A stretch of 64,000 nucleotides of DNA from Promethearchaeota archaeon (lineage in GTDB: Archaea; Asgardarchaeota; Lokiarchaeia; Sigyniarchaeales; SOKP01), in NCBI GenBank assembly GCA_030599585.1, contig JAUVNS010000003.1, positions 256,001 to 320,000 on the forward strand, given 5' to 3'. This document shows positions 61,105 through 64,000 of the stretch, in pieces (positions within the stretch are counted from its first letter, which is position 1; each line of letters opens with the position of its first letter). A program made the position numbers and the translations under genes. Under the pieces are notes generated by a model. The model was not told the DNA's origin and did no database searches. It worked only from the letters and a program-made list of their open reading frames with translations.

Positions 61105-62268
61105 ATGTCAATGAGAAAAAATATCGGTTTTGTTTTAGCTTCTAAATTATTTGGTGGAGCAGAAACAATAGTTAAGGAAATTCTACGAAAAATAAATCTT
61201 CATGAATTTAATGTATATCTATTCATCGATAAAGATCTTATAAAATTTTTCAAAGATCTTTCGAATATTAAAATAATTAATCTAGGAGATTTAAGAACCG
61301 CTTTACCATTTCATCCAACTATTTTTATTGCGAGAAAGATTCTTTTAAAAAGTGTTAAAAAATATAATATTTCACTTCTAAATTTCCATTTACCTCATTC
61401 ACTCTTCCTAAAAAAAGATAATAAAATAATTAATATCTTTACAATTCACGGAACAAAGTACTTAGATCCTGTTTTTTTTAAATCAAATCAAGCTAAGTAT
61501 AACTATAAGTCAATAAAGAATATCTATTTTTTGATAAGATATTATTTTGAAAAATGGATATATATAAAACAATTAAAGAAAACTGATTTTATAATCTCTG
61601 CGTGTGACTTCTTCTTAGATTTATTATCTAAAAATGGAATTAAGAATAAGAAAGTGAAAATTGAAAATGGCGTTGATTTATCTATCATCAAAAATCGTAA
61701 AAAGATATTGAAAAATCGAGAAGCAATAAGAATATTTTATTCCGGGGGGTCCCGTAATGTAAAGGGTTGGGATATTTTACTAAAGGCAATTAACAAAATA
61801 GCTAAAAAGAGCTATAGCTTTAAAATATTCTTTCTTAGGGAAGTCCCTAAAAGTCATACTATTAGAAAGTATGTTAAGAGCAAAAAATTACAAAATTACA
61901 TTGAATTTATTGGTTTTTGTAAGCGAGAAAAATATTTAGATTATATGTATAGCTGTGATTTTGTGTGCTTACCATCATATATTGAAGGAATTGCTGCTTC
62001 GTTGATGGATTGTCTTGCTTTAGGAAAGCCAATTGTGACTACTAAGGTTGGAGGGACGCCCGAAGTCATAAAGGATGGAGTAAATGGTTTTCTATGCCAG
62101 CCAACTAGTTCAAGCCTTGCTAAGACATTAGAAAAAGCCTTAAAAAACAAACAAAAACTTGAAGAGATGAGCAATAATAACCTTGAGAAAGCCATCGATT
62201 ATAGTTGGGATCTGGTTATCAAAAAGTATGAAAATCTATTTAAAAAAATTATAAAAAATTGGGTATAA
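61105..62268 (+). CDS. GT4 glycosyltransferase
   Basis: FGGAE, TIHG, IENGVD, PSYIEG, GKPIVTTKVGGTPE. Confidence 0.92.
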   Translation: MSMRKNIGFVLASKLFGGAETIVKEILRKINLHEFNVYLFIDKDLIKFFKDLSNIKIINLGDLRTALPFHPTIFIARKILLKSVKKYNISLLNFHLPHSLFLKKDNKIINIFTIHGTKYLDPVFFKSNQAKYNYKSIKNIYFLIRYYFEKWIYIKQLKKTDFIISACDFFLDLLSKNGIKNKKVKIENGVDLSIIKNRKKILKNREAIRIFYSGGSRNVKGWDILLKAINKIAKKSYSFKIFFLREVPKSHTIRKYVKSKKLQNYIEFIGFCKREKYLDYMYSCDFVCLPSYIEGIAASLMDCLALGKPIVTTKVGGTPEVIKDGVNGFLCQPTSSSLAKTLEKALKNKQKLEEMSNNNLEKAIDYSWDLVIKKYENLFKKIIKNWV

Positions 62269-62304
62269 TTCAAATCTATATGTGAAAATAATGAAAACAT
62301 CAAA

Positions 62305-63543
62305 ATGAAGAAAATTAAATATCTCATACTAGGTGCTGGAATTAGTGGTTTATCATTTGCATATTATTTAAAAAGGGATGACTATCTAATTCTAGAAAAA
62401 GAAAACATACCTGGAGGTCTACTTCAGACAATAAAAAAGCAAGGGTTTACATGGGACTATTCAGGTCATTTTCTTCATTTCAAGAATGAAATATTGAAAA
62501 AAAATATAGAGACTTTAATGGGAGAAAAATTATTACATATTTCACCCAAAATAACAAGTATATATTATAAAGGTAGATTTATAGATTATCCCTTTCAAAA
62601 GAACATTCATCAACTGAATAAAAGTGATTTCATCGATTGTATTTATTACCTTTTTAATAAAAAACCTAAAGCTAAATATTCTAATTTCAGAGAGATGCTC
62701 CTAGGAAAGTTTGGAAAGGGAATTTGTGAAAAATTTCTATTTCCATACAATGAAAAACTGTATTCAACAGATTTAAATAATTTAGATGCAGCCGCGATAG
62801 GAAGATTTTTTCCTGACACAAATATTAAAGAAATCATAGAAAATTTTAAGAATCCTGAAAATTCATCCTATAATACTTCATTTATTTATCCTAAAGATGG
62901 AATTTATTCTTTTTTAGAATTATTTATTAAAAATTTAATTAAGATTAAATCAAATGAGGAAATTAGAGGAATAAATATTAGTAATAAAATTGTTAAAACT
63001 AAAAAAGAGGAATACAAATACAAATTTTTAATTAATACGATTCCATTAAATGAATTCTTAAATCTGTGTAATATTCAAACCAATAATATTTTAAATCATA
63101 ATAAAGTATTAGTGTTTAATCTAGGATTTGATTCTGAATCAAATTTTAAAAATCATTGGATCTATTTCCCTGATAAAAATATTTCCTTCTATAGAGTTGG
63201 TTTTTATAATAATATTTTGAATGAAAACCTATTATCTTTATATGTAGAGATTGGTTTTAAATCAAAAAAATTGGTGGATATTAAATCTTATAAGAAAAGA
63301 GTATTATATGACTTAAAAAGGGTTGGCATAATCGAAAATCATAATTTACTAGCTGATCATCATGTTATAATAAATCCAGCATATTGTTTTATTTCAAAAG
63401 ATTCAAAAAAATTCGTTTCTAAAATTGAATCCTATCTTTCAAATAATAATATATATTTGTGTGGAAGATATGCACAATGGATATATTGTTCAATCGAAGA
63501 TAATATTATTAGAGCAAAAGGTTTAGCCAATAAGTTATCTTGA
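62305..63543 (+). CDS. FAD-dependent protein, UDP-galactopyranose mutase-like / protoporphyrinogen oxidase-like fold
   Basis: ILGAGISG, EK...GG, DYSGH, YPFQKNI, PYNEK, FYRV, GRYAQWIY. Confidence 0.75.
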   Translation: MKKIKYLILGAGISGLSFAYYLKRDDYLILEKENIPGGLLQTIKKQGFTWDYSGHFLHFKNEILKKNIETLMGEKLLHISPKITSIYYKGRFIDYPFQKNIHQLNKSDFIDCIYYLFNKKPKAKYSNFREMLLGKFGKGICEKFLFPYNEKLYSTDLNNLDAAAIGRFFPDTNIKEIIENFKNPENSSYNTSFIYPKDGIYSFLELFIKNLIKIKSNEEIRGINISNKIVKTKKEEYKYKFLINTIPLNEFLNLCNIQTNNILNHNKVLVFNLGFDSESNFKNHWIYFPDKNISFYRVGFYNNILNENLLSLYVEIGFKSKKLVDIKSYKKRVLYDLKRVGIIENHNLLADHHVIINPAYCFISKDSKKFVSKIESYLSNNNIYLCGRYAQWIYCSIEDNIIRAKGLANKLS

Positions 63544-63772
63544 TTTTTTTATGAGGTTGTTTTAAATAACTTATTGTTTGAGTATTTCCGTTTTTTTACA
63601 TTATAATAAATAGTTAAACCAAAAGGTAATATTTTTTAAAGCACATTAATAAATTTCCTTCATTAAAATATTTTTATTCTTTACACTTCTAAATAAGAAA
63701 CATTAGGGTTGAAAAAAGCTTAATTTTTAATCGATCAAAACTTTAAAAATTTAATTTATATCAATAAGATTT

Positions 63773-64000
63773 TTGATTCATGATAAAACCGTGAAGGAAA
63801 AATTTATTTTTACCTTATTTTCTCAACTTATTTCAAATTTTGCTAATGTAATCTCTCATTATTTCTTAGCTTTATTTCTAGAGATAGAACTTATGGGAGC
63901 TTGGGCATTATTAAATAGTATAATTAATTTAGGTTTTATATTTGTTAATTTGGGGATTGATTCTATACATTTTCAGTATTCAGGGAAAAAGAATTTTGAT
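63773..64000 (+). CDS. Third flippase-like membrane protein, N-terminal part only (runs off the window)
   Basis: Manual translation (TTG 63773 or GTG 63791): KEKFIFTLFSQLISNFANVISHYFLALFLEIELMGAWALLNSIINLGFIFVNLGID, a Wzx-like TM1-TM2 pattern. Confidence 0.7.
   Translation, partial: MIHDKTVKEKFIFTLFSQLISNFANVISHYFLALFLEIELMGAWALLNSIINLGFIFVNLGIDSIHFQYSGKKNFD

Noticed and set aside
1-64000. CRISPR arrays, tRNA/rRNA genes, transposases or integrases
   Set aside because: No repeat-spacer periodicity, cloverleaf or rRNA-like GC-rich tract, or recombinase motifs seen; the repeats found are coding or simple duplications

Overview
Very AT-rich archaeal DNA that looks like an Asgard archaeon (Lokiarchaeia/Promethearchaeota-like), judged from the Rab-like and Arf-like GTPases, longin and roadblock domains, GGTGAG ribosome-binding sites and archaeal-type GT-C proteins. 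This is inferred from gene content only. Block 1 (1-11.5 kb) is rich in eukaryotic-signature proteins. It holds a >1100-aa helical repeat protein missed by the ORF track (minus strand, runs off the left edge, exact 116-aa period), a Rab-like GTPase, and a roadblock gene followed by a longin-GTPase-helical bundle-proline-rich-coiled-coil fusion that appears to start at an ATT codon. A RACo-type ASKHA/2Fe-2S protein, an aspartate kinase and a UPF0280/ApbE-like protein are interspersed. Block 2 (11.5-64 kb, continuing off the right edge) is a mixed-orientation surface-glycan locus: about 11 GT4s, 4 GT2s (3 DPM-synthase-like), 3 multi-TM GT-C-like proteins, 3 flippases, a WecF/GT56 homologue, nucleotide-sugar epimerases and reductases, 4 methyltransferases, a heparinase II/III plus bi-domain oxidoreductase cassette, an AsnB-like amidotransferase, a UDP-galactopyranose-mutase-like flavoprotein and a sequon-rich beta-helix surface protein. 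Intergenic DNA contains a GT4 relic, a palindromic site and a structured-RNA candidate (~37.76-37.92 kb). No rRNA, tRNA, CRISPR array or intact mobile element was seen. All family calls come from motif recognition by eye, not database searches.
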